Below are positions 18,465 through 28,720 of a stretch of DNA of 41,550 nt, piece after piece (positions within the stretch are counted from its first letter, which is position 1; every line of letters starts with the position of its first letter). The position numbers were made by a program, and so were the translations under genes. The DNA lies in the sequence record DRR723986_3990; one strand, written 5' to 3'. The notes under the pieces were generated by a model. That model was not told the DNA's origin. It saw only the letters and a program-made list of their open reading frames with translations, and made no database searches.

Positions 18465-18542
18465 TTGCAGCTATTGCACTTGCTCCCGGCATGCGTGCCG
18501 CTAATTATTGCCCTTCTTGCCACGAAAGCCATTGGATACCTC

Positions 18543-19742
18543 ATGCACCTCAAACAAGTTGTTCTTTGCCTGACCGGGCTGTGTGCCGTCTTGCCTGCAC
18601 AAGCAGGCACTGTCGAGCTTGGGCCCCGCCCCGCCTACCTTGTGTCCCAGATGGCTGACGGCCCGCTGAAGGAGACCTTGGAAGCCTGCATCGGCAAGCC
18701 GGCAAAACGCACCCTGTTTTCCATCAGCCATCGTGGGGCCCCATTGCAGTTTCCAGAACACACGGAAGAAGGCTACCGGGCTGCGGCACTCATGGGAGCG
18801 GGCATCCTGGAATGCGACGTCACCTTTACCAAGGACAAGGAACTGGTATGCCGGCATTCCCAGAACGATCTGCACACGACCACGAACATTCTGACGACCG
18901 ATCTCGCCGACAAATGCACCACGGGCTTCACTCCGGCCTCGGGTGAGACGCCGGCCGCGGCCGAATGCCGGACGAGTGATCTGACCCTGGCTGAGTTCTC
19001 GTCTTTGCAGGGCAAGATGGACAGTGCAGACAAAGCGGCAACAACGCCTGAAGCTTACCAGAATGGAACCGCGCCCTGGCGCACGGATCTCTACGCGGGC
19101 ACGGGAACGCTGCTGACACACGACGCCTCGATCCGCCTTTTCAAGGACCTCGGCGTGAAATTCACTCCGGAGTTGAAGGCCCCTGAAGTCGAGATGCCTT
19201 TTGATGGCTTTACCCAGGCCGACTACGCCCAGAAACTGATTGACGAATACAAAGCGGCAGGCATTCCGGCAGAAGACGTCTACCCGCAATCCTTCAACCT
19301 TGATGACGTTCTCTACTGGATCGAAAACGAACCGGACTTCGGCAAGCAGGCAGTCTTCCTTGAAAGCCGCCGCGATGTCGATCCCATGGATCCGGAAACA
19401 TTCTCCCCTTCCATGACCGAACTGAAGGACATGGGCGTCAACTACCTCGCACCGCCGCTGTTTGTCCTTCTTGCTGAGGAAGACGGCAAGATCGTTCCCT
19501 CAGCTTATGCGGTTGCAGCAAAGGAAGCCGGTATCGAGCTGATTGCCTGGACGCTTGAAAGGTCGGGACCGCTGTCGTCTGGCGGCGGCTGGTACTATCA
19601 GACTGTCAACGATGCCATCGACGGCGACGGCAAGCTTTATGAGGTTGTAGATGTTCTGGCGCGCCAGGTTGGCGTCAAGGGCATCTTTTCGGACTGGCCG
19701 GCAACCACGAGCTTTTATGCGTCCTGCCTCGGACTGGAGTGA
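18543..19742 (+). CDS. Secreted glycerophosphodiester phosphodiesterase (GDPD family)
   Basis: Signal peptide ...[39 protein letters not shown]; start set at ATG 18543. Confidence 0.92.
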   Translation: MHLKQVVLCLTGLCAVLPAQAGTVELGPRPAYLVSQMADGPLKETLEACIGKPAKRTLFSISHRGAPLQFPEHTEEGYRAAALMGAGILECDVTFTKDKELVCRHSQNDLHTTTNILTTDLADKCTTGFTPASGETPAAAECRTSDLTLAEFSSLQGKMDSADKAATTPEAYQNGTAPWRTDLYAGTGTLLTHDASIRLFKDLGVKFTPELKAPEVEMPFDGFTQADYAQKLIDEYKAAGIPAEDVYPQSFNLDDVLYWIENEPDFGKQAVFLESRRDVDPMDPETFSPSMTELKDMGVNYLAPPLFVLLAEEDGKIVPSAYAVAAKEAGIELIAWTLERSGPLSSGGGWYYQTVNDAIDGDGKLYEVVDVLARQVGVKGIFSDWPATTSFYASCLGLE

Positions 19743-19836
19743 CGTGCAGGAACCGGTTTTGGCAACCAAGGTGAGAGGCGATAAGGCCTTTTTCACCAAA
19801 GTTGCCTAACCTCTCGCATCATTCCGCAAATCAGGT

Positions 19837-21228
19837 GTGGTCTTACCGTTGAAAACGCATCCGCTTCCAAGCGTCGATTCCCAGATCCTCTACAAGCGCT
19901 ATCAGCCGCTTGACGGAGACGCGATCATGGCTGTCATTGTAGCCGTCGCGGAAAAGGTGGGCGTTCCGCGCAGCGCCTGCCAGCTGTTGAACACGTCAGA
20001 CGACGTCAACAAGCGTTTTCTGTGCGGCAAGTTCCATGTTCTTGTCACACAGACAGGCCTCTTCGAACACACGCCGCTGATAGATGCTGCGCTTGAAACG
20101 ATCTATGCCCGGACCGCTTTTCCGGAAGCGGCCGACCTTTTGAACGAGATTGCGGCCTGCACGCAGATTTCGGTCAGAAAAAGCCTCATCCCCACGGATT
20201 CGCTGCCAGAGAACCTGAAGACACTTTCCGGAGTGGAAAGTCTGGCTTTCTGCGAGGCTGAGGAAACCTTGCAAGCCATGGAGATCGCAAGGTTGATCAC
20301 GGCGATCATCGTGGAAAGATCCCGGCCGGACGCCGTCTTTTGGGCTCCAAGCAGCTTCCTGCTGAAGCCGGATGCCTTCTCGGCACTGGCTCGTGCCTCA
20401 AACCACGACGACCTGTACCTCTTGCCCAATCCTTACGGACAACAGGATCCCGAAACCGGTGAGCAATTGATCGGCATGATGGGGATCGGCTCCCAGTGGC
20501 TAACCGGGTACAGGGTGGAGGTTCTGCCTTGCAGGTTGCCGCCAGAGTACCTTGCCGAGATCCTCGTCGCGTTTTCAAAGTTCACGAACAAGAGTAGCCA
20601 CCTGATCGATGATGGAGACGTTTTTGGCCGTGAGGAAAACGAAAAGATCCAGGTAATCTACCATGAGGAAGACGATGACGGGTTGGGTACGATTGAACTC
20701 AAGGTCGTCCACAATCCCAAATTCGGCATCCTCCGTGAAGATGTGCCGACAAAATACGTTCGCTACGATGAAGACCTGAATGAAACCGGGAACTATACGG
20801 ACGGGAACAAGGATGCAGAGCTGGATCCGCACGACCCCGTGGACGCAGCCATCCTGGAACGTTTACAGGAGCTGAAAGAAGAGCCTTCCTCTCAAGAGCT
20901 TCCAGACGTTCGGAGCGAGGAGGATTTCGAGCAGGAGATGTCGGCACTGGACCGGCCAGACCAGCCAGCTAAACCAGCTTACCCTGAAACTGCTACACCC
21001 GTTTCACCGTCAACCGCATCGCAAGTTCATCAGACGATCGCCACCGCAGCCCGACGGCTGGATGACACCCGCATTGCTGGAAAGACTTCCCCGTCGTCAA
21101 AAAGGATGTCGGTTGCCGAATTGCGAGACTTCGTCAAGCAGGCTCAGGTTTCGAACGAAACTTCGGAAAAGGCCGGCAAAAAACCTGGCTTCCTGGCGAA
21201 ACTTTTCAAACGCAAGGCAGACCAGTAA
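19837..21228 (+). CDS. Hypothetical protein with DUF4261-like core, acidic linker and basic amphipathic C-terminus
   Basis: 463-codon ORF filling the gap between GDPD and merR; start codon uncertain; family resemblance judged by eye only. Confidence 0.75.
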   Translation: MVLPLKTHPLPSVDSQILYKRYQPLDGDAIMAVIVAVAEKVGVPRSACQLLNTSDDVNKRFLCGKFHVLVTQTGLFEHTPLIDAALETIYARTAFPEAADLLNEIAACTQISVRKSLIPTDSLPENLKTLSGVESLAFCEAEETLQAMEIARLITAIIVERSRPDAVFWAPSSFLLKPDAFSALARASNHDDLYLLPNPYGQQDPETGEQLIGMMGIGSQWLTGYRVEVLPCRLPPEYLAEILVAFSKFTNKSSHLIDDGDVFGREENEKIQVIYHEEDDDGLGTIELKVVHNPKFGILREDVPTKYVRYDEDLNETGNYTDGNKDAELDPHDPVDAAILERLQELKEEPSSQELPDVRSEEDFEQEMSALDRPDQPAKPAYPETATPVSPSTASQVHQTIATAARRLDDTRIAGKTSPSSKRMSVAELRDFVKQAQVSNETSEKAGKKPGFLAKLFKRKADQ

Positions 21229-21243
21229 GGCGAGGTATGAAGG

Positions 21244-21843
21244 TCAGCGCGCCTGATCCAGCGTTCGCTTGCATTCCAGCAACTCGAAGAGGGTTGCCTG
21301 CAGGCGGCGGATATCTTCCTTCGTCACGGACGAATGGGACCCTGTGCCCTGAGCCGGTTTCTCGCCGCGCAGGCGACCAAGAATACTGAAATGCCCATGG
21401 CCCTGGGCTGGTGCCGGGTCCGGTGCATTGTCTGCCAGAACGCCGCTTGGCAATGGGCCGTTATGGATTTCATGCTGGCCATTTTGGGAAATCATCGCAG
21501 GGGCAGGCGCAGGTTCCGCCTGTGCCGGTTCTGCAGTGGCAACTGCCTGCAGGGCCGACATGTCTTCATGCCGGATCTGCATGACGAAGCGTGGCCCCTG
21601 CTCTTTCAGGATCCGCTGAACACCCTTGATCGTGTAGCCTTCACCGTAGAGCAGATGACGGATGCCCTTCAGAAGCTCGACATCGTCCGGCCGGTAGTAC
21701 CGGCGACCTCCCCCACGCTTCAGCGGCTTGATCTGCGAGAAGCGTGTTTCCCAGAACCGCAGCACGTGCTGCGGCAGGTCAAGATCTTCTGCGACTTCGC
21801 TGATAGTACGAAAGGCGTCGGGGCTTTTTTCCTGCGAGCTCAT
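21244..21843 (-). CDS. MerR-family transcriptional regulator (ihfA-associated)
   Basis: [13 protein letters not shown]...HVLRFWE...GGRRYYRP; conserved position after ihfA. Confidence 0.95.
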   Translation of the reverse strand: MSSQEKSPDAFRTISEVAEDLDLPQHVLRFWETRFSQIKPLKRGGGRRYYRPDDVELLKGIRHLLYGEGYTIKGVQRILKEQGPRFVMQIRHEDMSALQAVATAEPAQAEPAPAPAMISQNGQHEIHNGPLPSGVLADNAPDPAPAQGHGHFSILGRLRGEKPAQGTGSHSSVTKEDIRRLQATLFELLECKRTLDQAR

Positions 21844-21863
21844 CCGGTCTTATAATTTTCTGG

Positions 21864-22178
21864 CTATTTGCTGGCCTGTCCTGTCAGCGCATCATTGATC
21901 CGCTGTTTCAATACGTTAGACGGTTTGAACACCATCACCCGGCGCGGTGAAATAGGTACTTCCTCGCCGGTCTTCGGATTGCGGCCGATGCGCTCCCCCT
22001 TGGAGCGGACCACGAAAGACCCGAAGCTTGATAATTTTACTGATTCTCCGGTCACAAGACAGTCGGAAATTTCAGAAAGTACGCGTTCGACCAATTCAGA
22101 AGACTCGGTCCGGGACAGACCAACTTTCTGATAAACGGCCTCACACAGATCAGCGCGGGTAATAGTCCGATTGCCCAT
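21864..22178 (-). CDS. ihfA: Integration host factor subunit alpha
   Basis: [30 protein letters not shown]. Confidence 0.97.
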   Translation of the reverse strand: MGNRTITRADLCEAVYQKVGLSRTESSELVERVLSEISDCLVTGESVKLSSFGSFVVRSKGERIGRNPKTGEEVPISPRRVMVFKPSNVLKQRINDALTGQASK

Positions 22179-22319
22179 AACCCCTCCTCAACGACGCCAT
22201 CATCTGGCTGATTTTGCACAAGAACTCCGATGCAAGGCCATACGGTACGGCCTTGCGGCGAGCCGGTCAACCGGAACTCTTGGTGGAAATCAGATTTGTC
22301 GTAGGAAGTTAGACAGGAC

Positions 22320-23297
22320 TTACCAGCGCAGCAGAACGGAGCCCCAGGTGAATCCGCCGCCCATTGCTTCCAGCATCACGAGATCGTTCTTTTTGACACG
22401 TCCGTCCCTGACGGCCGTATCCAGCGCAAGCGGAATGGACGCGGCAGAGGTGTTGCCGTGATGCTGGACCGTGGTCACGACCTTCTCAGGTGCGATACCG
22501 AGTTTCTTGGCGCTGGCATCGATGATGCGCTTGTTGGCCTGATGCGGAATGAACCAGTCGAGATCTTCCGATGTGGTGCCCGTTGCCTTGTAGGCATCTT
22601 CAATCACGTCGGTGATCATGCCGACCGCATGCTTGTAGACTTCACGGCCTTCCATCCGGAGATGCCCAACGGTCCCGGTCGAGGACGGTCCACCGTCGAC
22701 GAAGAGCTTTTCCTTGTGTCGGCCGTCGGAGCGAAGGTGCGATGTAAGGACACCCCGGTCGGCCGTCGTGCCTTCGCCTTCCGCTGCTTCCACCACGACA
22801 GCACCAGCGCCGTCGCCGAAGAGAACGCAGGTCGTCCGGTCGGTCCAGTCCAGAATGCGTGAGAACGTCTCTGCACCGATAACCAGGCAACGCTTCGCCA
22901 AGCCTGCCCGAATATAGGCATCGGCCGTCGTAAGGGCATAGACAAAGCCCGAGCAAACGGCGTGCACATCGAATGCGGCACCGTGATAGATGCCCAGGTT
23001 GGCCTGGACGGTGACAGCCGTTGCCGGAAAGGTGTTGTCCGGTGTGGCGGTTGCCAGAATGATTGTGTCGATCTCCTGAGCATCCCGGCCGGCGCTTAGC
23101 AGCGCCCGCTTGGCAGCTTCCAGAGCAAGATCCGAGGTCATCTGGCCTTCGGCAGCAACATGGCGCTGCTGGATGCCGGTGCGCTGAACGATCCATTCGT
23201 CAGACGTGTCGACCATCTTGGAGAGATCGTCGTTGGTCAGGATTTTTTCCGGCAGGAAACTTCCGCAGCCGGTTACGGTCGAACGGATTACGCTCAC
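22320..23297 (-). CDS. fabH: Beta-ketoacyl-ACP synthase III
   Basis: AVCSGF, PHQAN, GNTSAAS (Cys-His-Asn triad); GTGA overlap with plsX. Confidence 0.97.
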   Translation of the reverse strand: MSVIRSTVTGCGSFLPEKILTNDDLSKMVDTSDEWIVQRTGIQQRHVAAEGQMTSDLALEAAKRALLSAGRDAQEIDTIILATATPDNTFPATAVTVQANLGIYHGAAFDVHAVCSGFVYALTTADAYIRAGLAKRCLVIGAETFSRILDWTDRTTCVLFGDGAGAVVVEAAEGEGTTADRGVLTSHLRSDGRHKEKLFVDGGPSSTGTVGHLRMEGREVYKHAVGMITDVIEDAYKATGTTSEDLDWFIPHQANKRIIDASAKKLGIAPEKVVTTVQHHGNTSAASIPLALDTAVRDGRVKKNDLVMLEAMGGGFTWGSVLLRW

Positions 23298-24358
23298 AAA
23301 TCACCTTCCGATGTCGGCGCGGCTTCAGCGAAGCGGCCACGATGATAATGCACAAGATCCTGGGCGATCTTGTGTGTCAGTTCGTTTTTGACCATGTCGT
23401 AGGCAAGGTCGATCGCCGAGGCATAACCCTCGGCATCCGTCCCGCCGTGACTTTTGATCACAATGCCATTCAGTCCCAGGAACACGCCGCCGTTGACCTT
23501 GCGCGGATCCATTTTCTCGCGCAGCAGATCAAAGGCGCCTTTGGCGAAGAGATAGCCGATTTTGGACATAAAGGTCCGATTCATGGCCGAACGCAAGTAA
23601 CTGCCGATCTGCTTGGCTGTGCCTTCCGCGGTTTTGAGCGCGATGTTACCGGCAAAGCCTTCGGTCACGACGACATCGACAGTGCCTTTTCCAAGGTCGT
23701 CACCCTCGACGAAACCGGCGTAATGCAGCGAGCGCAGCGGCGTTTCGCGCAGAAGCCGGCCGGCGGTGCGAACCTCTTCCAGTCCCTTGACCTCTTCCAC
23801 GCCGATGTTCAGCAGGCCGACGCTCGGCTTCTGGACACCGAACAGGGCCCGCGCCATGGCGCCACCGAGAATGGCGAAATCGATAAGCTGCTGTGCGTCG
23901 GCGCCAATCGTTGCACCGACATCAAGCACCACGGACTCGCCGCGCATGGTCGGCCAGATGGCCGCGATCGCCGGACGTTCGATATTGGCCATTGTCCGCA
24001 GGCAGAACTTGGACATGGCCATGAGCGCGCCCGTGTTGCCGGCAGAGACCGCAACGGATGCATCGCCTGTCTTTACCGCCTCGATGGACCGCCACATGGA
24101 CGAGCGCCAGCGACCCTGACGCAGTGCCTGACTGGGCTTGGTGTCCATCGCAATGGAGACGTCGCAATGATGGAACGTCGAAGCATCGCGAACCCTTGGA
24201 TACTTTTCCAGGAGTGGCAGCACGACCTTTTCATTGCCGAACAGCAGGAAACGGATGTCAGGATGGCGGACAAGCGCAATTTCCGCCCCGGGAATGACGA
24301 CGTCAGCCCCATGATCGCCGCCCATGGCATCCAGAGAAATCGGAATAGTTTTCGCCAT
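23294..24358 (-). CDS. plsX: Phosphate acyltransferase PlsX
   Basis: [30 protein letters not shown]. Confidence 0.97.
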   Translation of the reverse strand: MAKTIPISLDAMGGDHGADVVIPGAEIALVRHPDIRFLLFGNEKVVLPLLEKYPRVRDASTFHHCDVSIAMDTKPSQALRQGRWRSSMWRSIEAVKTGDASVAVSAGNTGALMAMSKFCLRTMANIERPAIAAIWPTMRGESVVLDVGATIGADAQQLIDFAILGGAMARALFGVQKPSVGLLNIGVEEVKGLEEVRTAGRLLRETPLRSLHYAGFVEGDDLGKGTVDVVVTEGFAGNIALKTAEGTAKQIGSYLRSAMNRTFMSKIGYLFAKGAFDLLREKMDPRKVNGGVFLGLNGIVIKSHGGTDAEGYASAIDLAYDMVKNELTHKIAQDLVHYHRGRFAEAAPTSEGDL

Positions 24359-24572
24359 CTAGAAGGTCTTTTGACGTTTCGCTACCAAGAACAGCACCGA
24401 GTGGTGCCTCCAGACAAAGTCCTGCAGGTCCGGCAAGGGCCTAGAACGGGCGCGAACATAACGGTTTTGGCAAGACTGACAACCGTTTTCCTGATCGCGG
24501 AGAGTTCTGACGTTGAAAACCTGCATGAAGACCCAGTCCAAATCGTTCCGGCACCTGTGAATACAATGGATA

Positions 24573-25145
24573 TCAGTTATCCGGCTGTTCCTTGAGTGCC
24601 TTCAAGGCGGCGAAGGGGGACGGTTTGGCCTCGGGCTCTTCATCGACGCTGTCGTCGTCGCCATCGCCACCCTCGAACTCCACTCCCGGCTTGCGGGGGA
24701 ACGGGTCGAGCGTAAGTGCAAGTTCCTCGCAGATCACGGCACCAAGGTCGAGAACGCCGTCCAGAATGACATCGGGCGGGTCGAGCGTTTCCAGGTCGAT
24801 TTCAATCTCGCCGTCCTCATTGAGATCGCTGACCTTGCGCGGCCGGCTGGACTGGGGCTCGAAGGTGCGATCGACTTCGATCTTCAGCTGGCTTTCGAAA
24901 GGTTCCAGCGACACCACACAGGTCTGTTCCAGCGTTGCCGTCAGCGGGCCGACGACACGCAGTCCCGCCTTGCGATACGGTTTCAGAAGAAAATCCGCCT
25001 TGAGGTCACGAATACCATCGAGCTCATAGGTCTTTGCTATGGCCTTGAGCGCGGCTTCGTCCGGACTGACAGTGACGCGTTCGTCCTTGTCGACAACGCG
25101 GGCGGCGTTGACCTTGTACGAATAGGGGAAAGTTTCTTTTGTCAT
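24573..25145 (-). CDS. yceD: YceD/DUF177 family protein
   Basis: QTCVVSLEP, EELALTLDPFPRKPG, SPFAALKAL; upstream of plsX. Confidence 0.9.
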   Translation of the reverse strand: MTKETFPYSYKVNAARVVDKDERVTVSPDEAALKAIAKTYELDGIRDLKADFLLKPYRKAGLRVVGPLTATLEQTCVVSLEPFESQLKIEVDRTFEPQSSRPRKVSDLNEDGEIEIDLETLDPPDVILDGVLDLGAVICEELALTLDPFPRKPGVEFEGGDGDDDSVDEEPEAKPSPFAALKALKEQPDN

Positions 25146-25200
25146 TTTTGTTTTTACCTTGGCACCTTTGTCGCGGTCTCTTGCACCGCCGGCTTGGCTC

Positions 25201-25749
25201 TCAGACCGGCAATGCCTTGAATTTTTCAGGGTCGGACCAGACGATGCTCCCGTTCATCAGTGCTTCCACCGTCTGCCCCTCGAGGCTTTCGGCAACTTCC
25301 AGCATATAGTACGCCAAACGCTTCTGTGCGACCGGCTCCGGTGCATCCGGATAGATGTTGCGGCCGAGCGCCTCTGCCAGCTCCTCAACGTTTTTTGATT
25401 CAATTGCCGGAATATAGGCATCGGCACGACCATAAAAGGCTTCGCCCATGACTTTCACCTTCTTGGGCACGCGCGTGTCGCTGACACCCATTTCACGCAG
25501 CGATGCATCCATGTCCAGAAAGAACAGGTCAAAGACGTTCTGCGTAAACTCCGAGACCGACTTCCCCTCCCCGCGCATCCGGCGGAAATACAGCACTGCA
25601 TGGGCCACGATCATGTCAAAACGGCCGTCGACACTATCGGGCACGTGAAAGTCGGTGTAAAAGACTGGCTGCCGTGCTTGAGCCACGATTTCACAATAGA
25701 CCTTGTGCTCGGCATCGCGGGTCCGACGGCGGAACAGGCCAAACAGCAT
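25201..25749 (-). CDS. Ubiquinol-cytochrome c chaperone (Cbp3/UQCC1 family)
   Basis: VPDSVDGRFDM, DMDASLREMGVSD, FYGR; AAGGAG before ATG 25749. Confidence 0.9.
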   Translation of the reverse strand: MLFGLFRRRTRDAEHKVYCEIVAQARQPVFYTDFHVPDSVDGRFDMIVAHAVLYFRRMRGEGKSVSEFTQNVFDLFFLDMDASLREMGVSDTRVPKKVKVMGEAFYGRADAYIPAIESKNVEELAEALGRNIYPDAPEPVAQKRLAYYMLEVAESLEGQTVEALMNGSIVWSDPEKFKALPV

Positions 25750-25862
25750 GGCATCTCCTTTTAAGTCAGGTGTTGCCTTGTGCCCTATCCCACGATAGTG
25801 ACTTTGCCAAGCAACGAAATTCAAGAGCAGCCAGACCGGTCTGGCGAAACGGGAATTCTTAG

Positions 25863-26300
25863 ATGAACTTCAAGGCAAGCGCCCTGATCCTTCCGCTTCT
25901 GGTCACTTTACCGCTCGGCGGCTGTTTTACCTCCACCTATACGCACGGGCACGTGATCACCAGCGACATGCTGAACCAGGTTCAGGTCGGCTCCAGCCGC
26001 GAACAGGTTGAGCTGGTCCTTGGAACCCCGTCGACTACGTCCAGCCTCAACGGCGATGCCTACTATTACATTTCGCAGAAAACCGCCACGACCGCCTTCA
26101 TGGCTCCGGATATCGTCGAGCAGCGCGTCGTCGCGGTTTACTTCGACAAGGACGGCTACGTCCAGGACCTCGGCAACTACTCGCTTGAAGACGGCAAGAT
26201 CGTCGACATCGTCACCCGCAAGACCCGTACGGGCGGTGCCGACTATGGCTTCCTGACGCAGATCCTGCGCGGTGCGACGAACCCGAGCCTTGGTCTCTGA
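25863..26300 (+). CDS. bamE: Outer membrane protein assembly lipoprotein BamE (SmpA/OmlA)
   Basis: Lipobox LGGC, VGSSREQVELVLGTPS, YYYISQ, VVAVYFD. Confidence 0.92.
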   Translation: MNFKASALILPLLVTLPLGGCFTSTYTHGHVITSDMLNQVQVGSSREQVELVLGTPSTTSSLNGDAYYYISQKTATTAFMAPDIVEQRVVAVYFDKDGYVQDLGNYSLEDGKIVDIVTRKTRTGGADYGFLTQILRGATNPSLGL

Positions 26301-26322
26301 GGCAAAAGTCTCAACCCAATGC

Positions 26323-26357
26323 AAAAAGCCCCGGCCATCGGCCGGGGCTTTGTTTTT
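26323..26357. terminator. Bidirectional intrinsic terminator between bamE and hppA
   Basis: AAAAAGCCCCGGCC-ATC-GGCCGGGGCTTTGTTTTT. Confidence 0.88.
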
Positions 26358-26365
26358 CCGGGGCG

Positions 26366-28501
26366 TCAGTGCGCCAGGATCGCCAACAGCAGCAAGGCCA
26401 CGATGTTGGTGATCTTGATCATCGGGTTCACGGCCGGACCGGCGGTATCCTTGTAGGGATCCCCAACCGTATCGCCTGTCACCGAGGCCTTGTGCGCCTC
26501 GCTGCCTTTCTGGTGGGTCACACCGTCCTTGTCGGTGAAACCGTCCTCGAAGGACTTCTTGGCGTTATCCCAGGCACCGCCACCGGCGGTCATGGAAATG
26601 GCCACGAAGAGCCCCGTCACGATCACGCCCAGCAGCATCGCACCAAGCGCCGCGAAGGCGTCGGCCGGAGTTGCCACGGCCTTGACCAGGAAGAACACCA
26701 CGATGGGCGACAGCACCGGCAGCAGCGAGGGGATGATCATCTCCCGGATCGCCGCCTTTGTGAGCATGTCCACCGCACGGCCGTAATCCGGCCGTTCCGT
26801 GCCCTGCATGATGCCCGGCTTTTCCTTGAACTGGCGGCGGACTTCCTCCACCACCGCACCGGCAGCCCTGCCGACGGCGGTCATTGAAATGCCGCCGAAG
26901 AGATAGGGCAACAGACCGCCGAACAGGAGACCTGCAACCACATAGGGATTGGACAATGTGAACAGGGTGCCGACGTCGATGCCATAGAAGATCGACCCTT
27001 CCGCAGCATTGCTGGAGAAGAACTTCAGGTCTTCCGTATAGGCGGCAAAGAGCACCAGCGCACCAAGCCCAGCAGACCCGATGGCATAGCCCTTGGTGAC
27101 CGCCTTGGTGGTGTTCCCGACCGCATCGAGGGCGTCCGTCGTGGTACGCACTTCCGCCGGAAGATCCGCCATTTCGGCGATCCCCCCGGCGTTATCGGTC
27201 ACCGGACCAAAGGCGTCGAGCGCTACCACCATACCTGCGAGCGCCAGCATGGTCGTTACCGCAATCGCAATCCCGAAGAGGCCCGCGAAGGCGTAGGTGA
27301 CCAGAATGCCCGCGATGATGATCAGCGCCGGCAGGGCCGTTGCTTCCAGTGACACGGCCAGACCCTGGATCACGTTGGTGCCATGACCGGTCACCGACGC
27401 CTGGGCGATGGATCTCACCGGACGATACTCCGTGCCGGTGTAATATTCGGTCACCCAGATGATCAGCCCGGTCACTACGAGACCTACGAGACCACAGACG
27501 AACAGATCGAACCCGGTAAAGGTCGTGCCGCCCGATGTCGTGAACTCGGTGCCGGCACCGATCCAGCCGAAGATGATGATCGCGAGGGCTACCGCGGATA
27601 GAACTGCCGTGGCAATGAAGCCCTTGTAGAGCGCCCCCATGATCGAGTTGTTGCTGCCGAGCTTGACGAAGAACGTGCCGATGATGGACGTCACCACGCA
27701 GCTAGCTCCGATCAGCAACGGCAGGTGCATCAGGTCGATGGCCTGGCTGCTCGTGAAGAAGATCGAGGCCAGAACCATCGTGGCGACGACCGTCACCGCG
27801 TAGGTTTCGAACAAATCGGCCGCCATGCCCGCACAGTCGCCGACATTGTCGCCGACGTTGTCGGCGATAGTCGCCGGGTTGCGTGGATCATCCTCCGGAA
27901 TTCCGGCTTCAACCTTGCCGACCAGATCACCGCCGACGTCAGCCCCCTTGGTGAAGATACCGCCGCCGAGACGGGCGAAGATAGATATCAGGGAGGCACC
28001 GAAGCCGAGCGCGACCAGCGCGTCGATCACTGTACGGTCCGTCGGGTCGTACCCCATCATTCCGGTGAGGATGGCGAAATAGACTGCCACGCCAAGCAAC
28101 GCGAGCCCGGCAACCAAAAGGCCGGTGACGGCACCGGCCTTGAACGCGATTTCCAGCCCTGCCCCGAGGCTTTGGCTGGCCGCCTGGGCGGTGCGCACAT
28201 TGGCCCGGACGGAAACCATCATGCCGATGTAACCGGCAGCTCCCGAGAGGACGGCGCCGATGGCAAATCCGATTGCCGCGGTACCGGAAAGCAATAGCCA
28301 GGCGAGCACGAAAACAACGGCCCCCACAATGGCAATAGTCGTATATTGACGATTGAGATAAGCGCTAGCCCCTTCCTGGATCGCCTCGGCGATCTCCTGC
28401 ATGCGCGCGTTCCCTGCATCCGCTGCCATAACGGACTGGATGGCCCACGCCCCATAGGCAATGGACAAGAGGCCACAAATGATGACGACAAGCTCGATCA
28501 T
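26366..28501 (-). CDS. hppA: Membrane-bound H+-translocating pyrophosphatase, K+-independent type
   Basis: [33 protein letters not shown] carries the Lys diagnostic of K+-independent enzymes; GGAGG before ATG 28501. Confidence 0.96.
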   Translation of the reverse strand: MIELVVIICGLLSIAYGAWAIQSVMAADAGNARMQEIAEAIQEGASAYLNRQYTTIAIVGAVVFVLAWLLLSGTAAIGFAIGAVLSGAAGYIGMMVSVRANVRTAQAASQSLGAGLEIAFKAGAVTGLLVAGLALLGVAVYFAILTGMMGYDPTDRTVIDALVALGFGASLISIFARLGGGIFTKGADVGGDLVGKVEAGIPEDDPRNPATIADNVGDNVGDCAGMAADLFETYAVTVVATMVLASIFFTSSQAIDLMHLPLLIGASCVVTSIIGTFFVKLGSNNSIMGALYKGFIATAVLSAVALAIIIFGWIGAGTEFTTSGGTTFTGFDLFVCGLVGLVVTGLIIWVTEYYTGTEYRPVRSIAQASVTGHGTNVIQGLAVSLEATALPALIIIAGILVTYAFAGLFGIAIAVTTMLALAGMVVALDAFGPVTDNAGGIAEMADLPAEVRTTTDALDAVGNTTKAVTKGYAIGSAGLGALVLFAAYTEDLKFFSSNAAEGSIFYGIDVGTLFTLSNPYVVAGLLFGGLLPYLFGGISMTAVGRAAGAVVEEVRRQFKEKPGIMQGTERPDYGRAVDMLTKAAIREMIIPSLLPVLSPIVVFFLVKAVATPADAFAALGAMLLGVIVTGLFVAISMTAGGGAWDNAKKSFEDGFTDKDGVTHQKGSEAHKASVTGDTVGDPYKDTAGPAVNPMIKITNIVALLLLAILAH

Positions 28502-28720
28502 ACTTCCTCCCAAAGCTGCGGCGGACTGATTTTCTTGTCGTTTTTTGCCGCCTGACGGCCCTTCACATCAATTCCTCGACGTGAGGGAGGGTAACGATAG
28601 CAGCAAAGCGGCGCGCCTCGTCAAGCTCTCACATTGTTTAATTCAAAACTTCCGTTACGGTATTGTTTGATGCAGCGCAGTAATTATGTTGCGCTGACGA
28701 AATGGAATTTCGAAGGTACT

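Noticed and set aside
18465..18542. Pho box upstream of the GDPD gene
   Set aside because: No CTGTCAT-like repeats at 11-bp spacing.
24359..24541. 60-aa CxxC ORF in the yceD-plsX slot where rpmF (L32) lies in many bacteria; its stop abuts the plsX ATG
   Set aside because: No L32 features (no MAVP/KxxxS/RR N-terminus), TTG start without a clear RBS; more likely the plsX promoter region.
23063..24595. 510-aa plus-strand ORF
   Set aside because: Antisense shadow of plsX/fabH.
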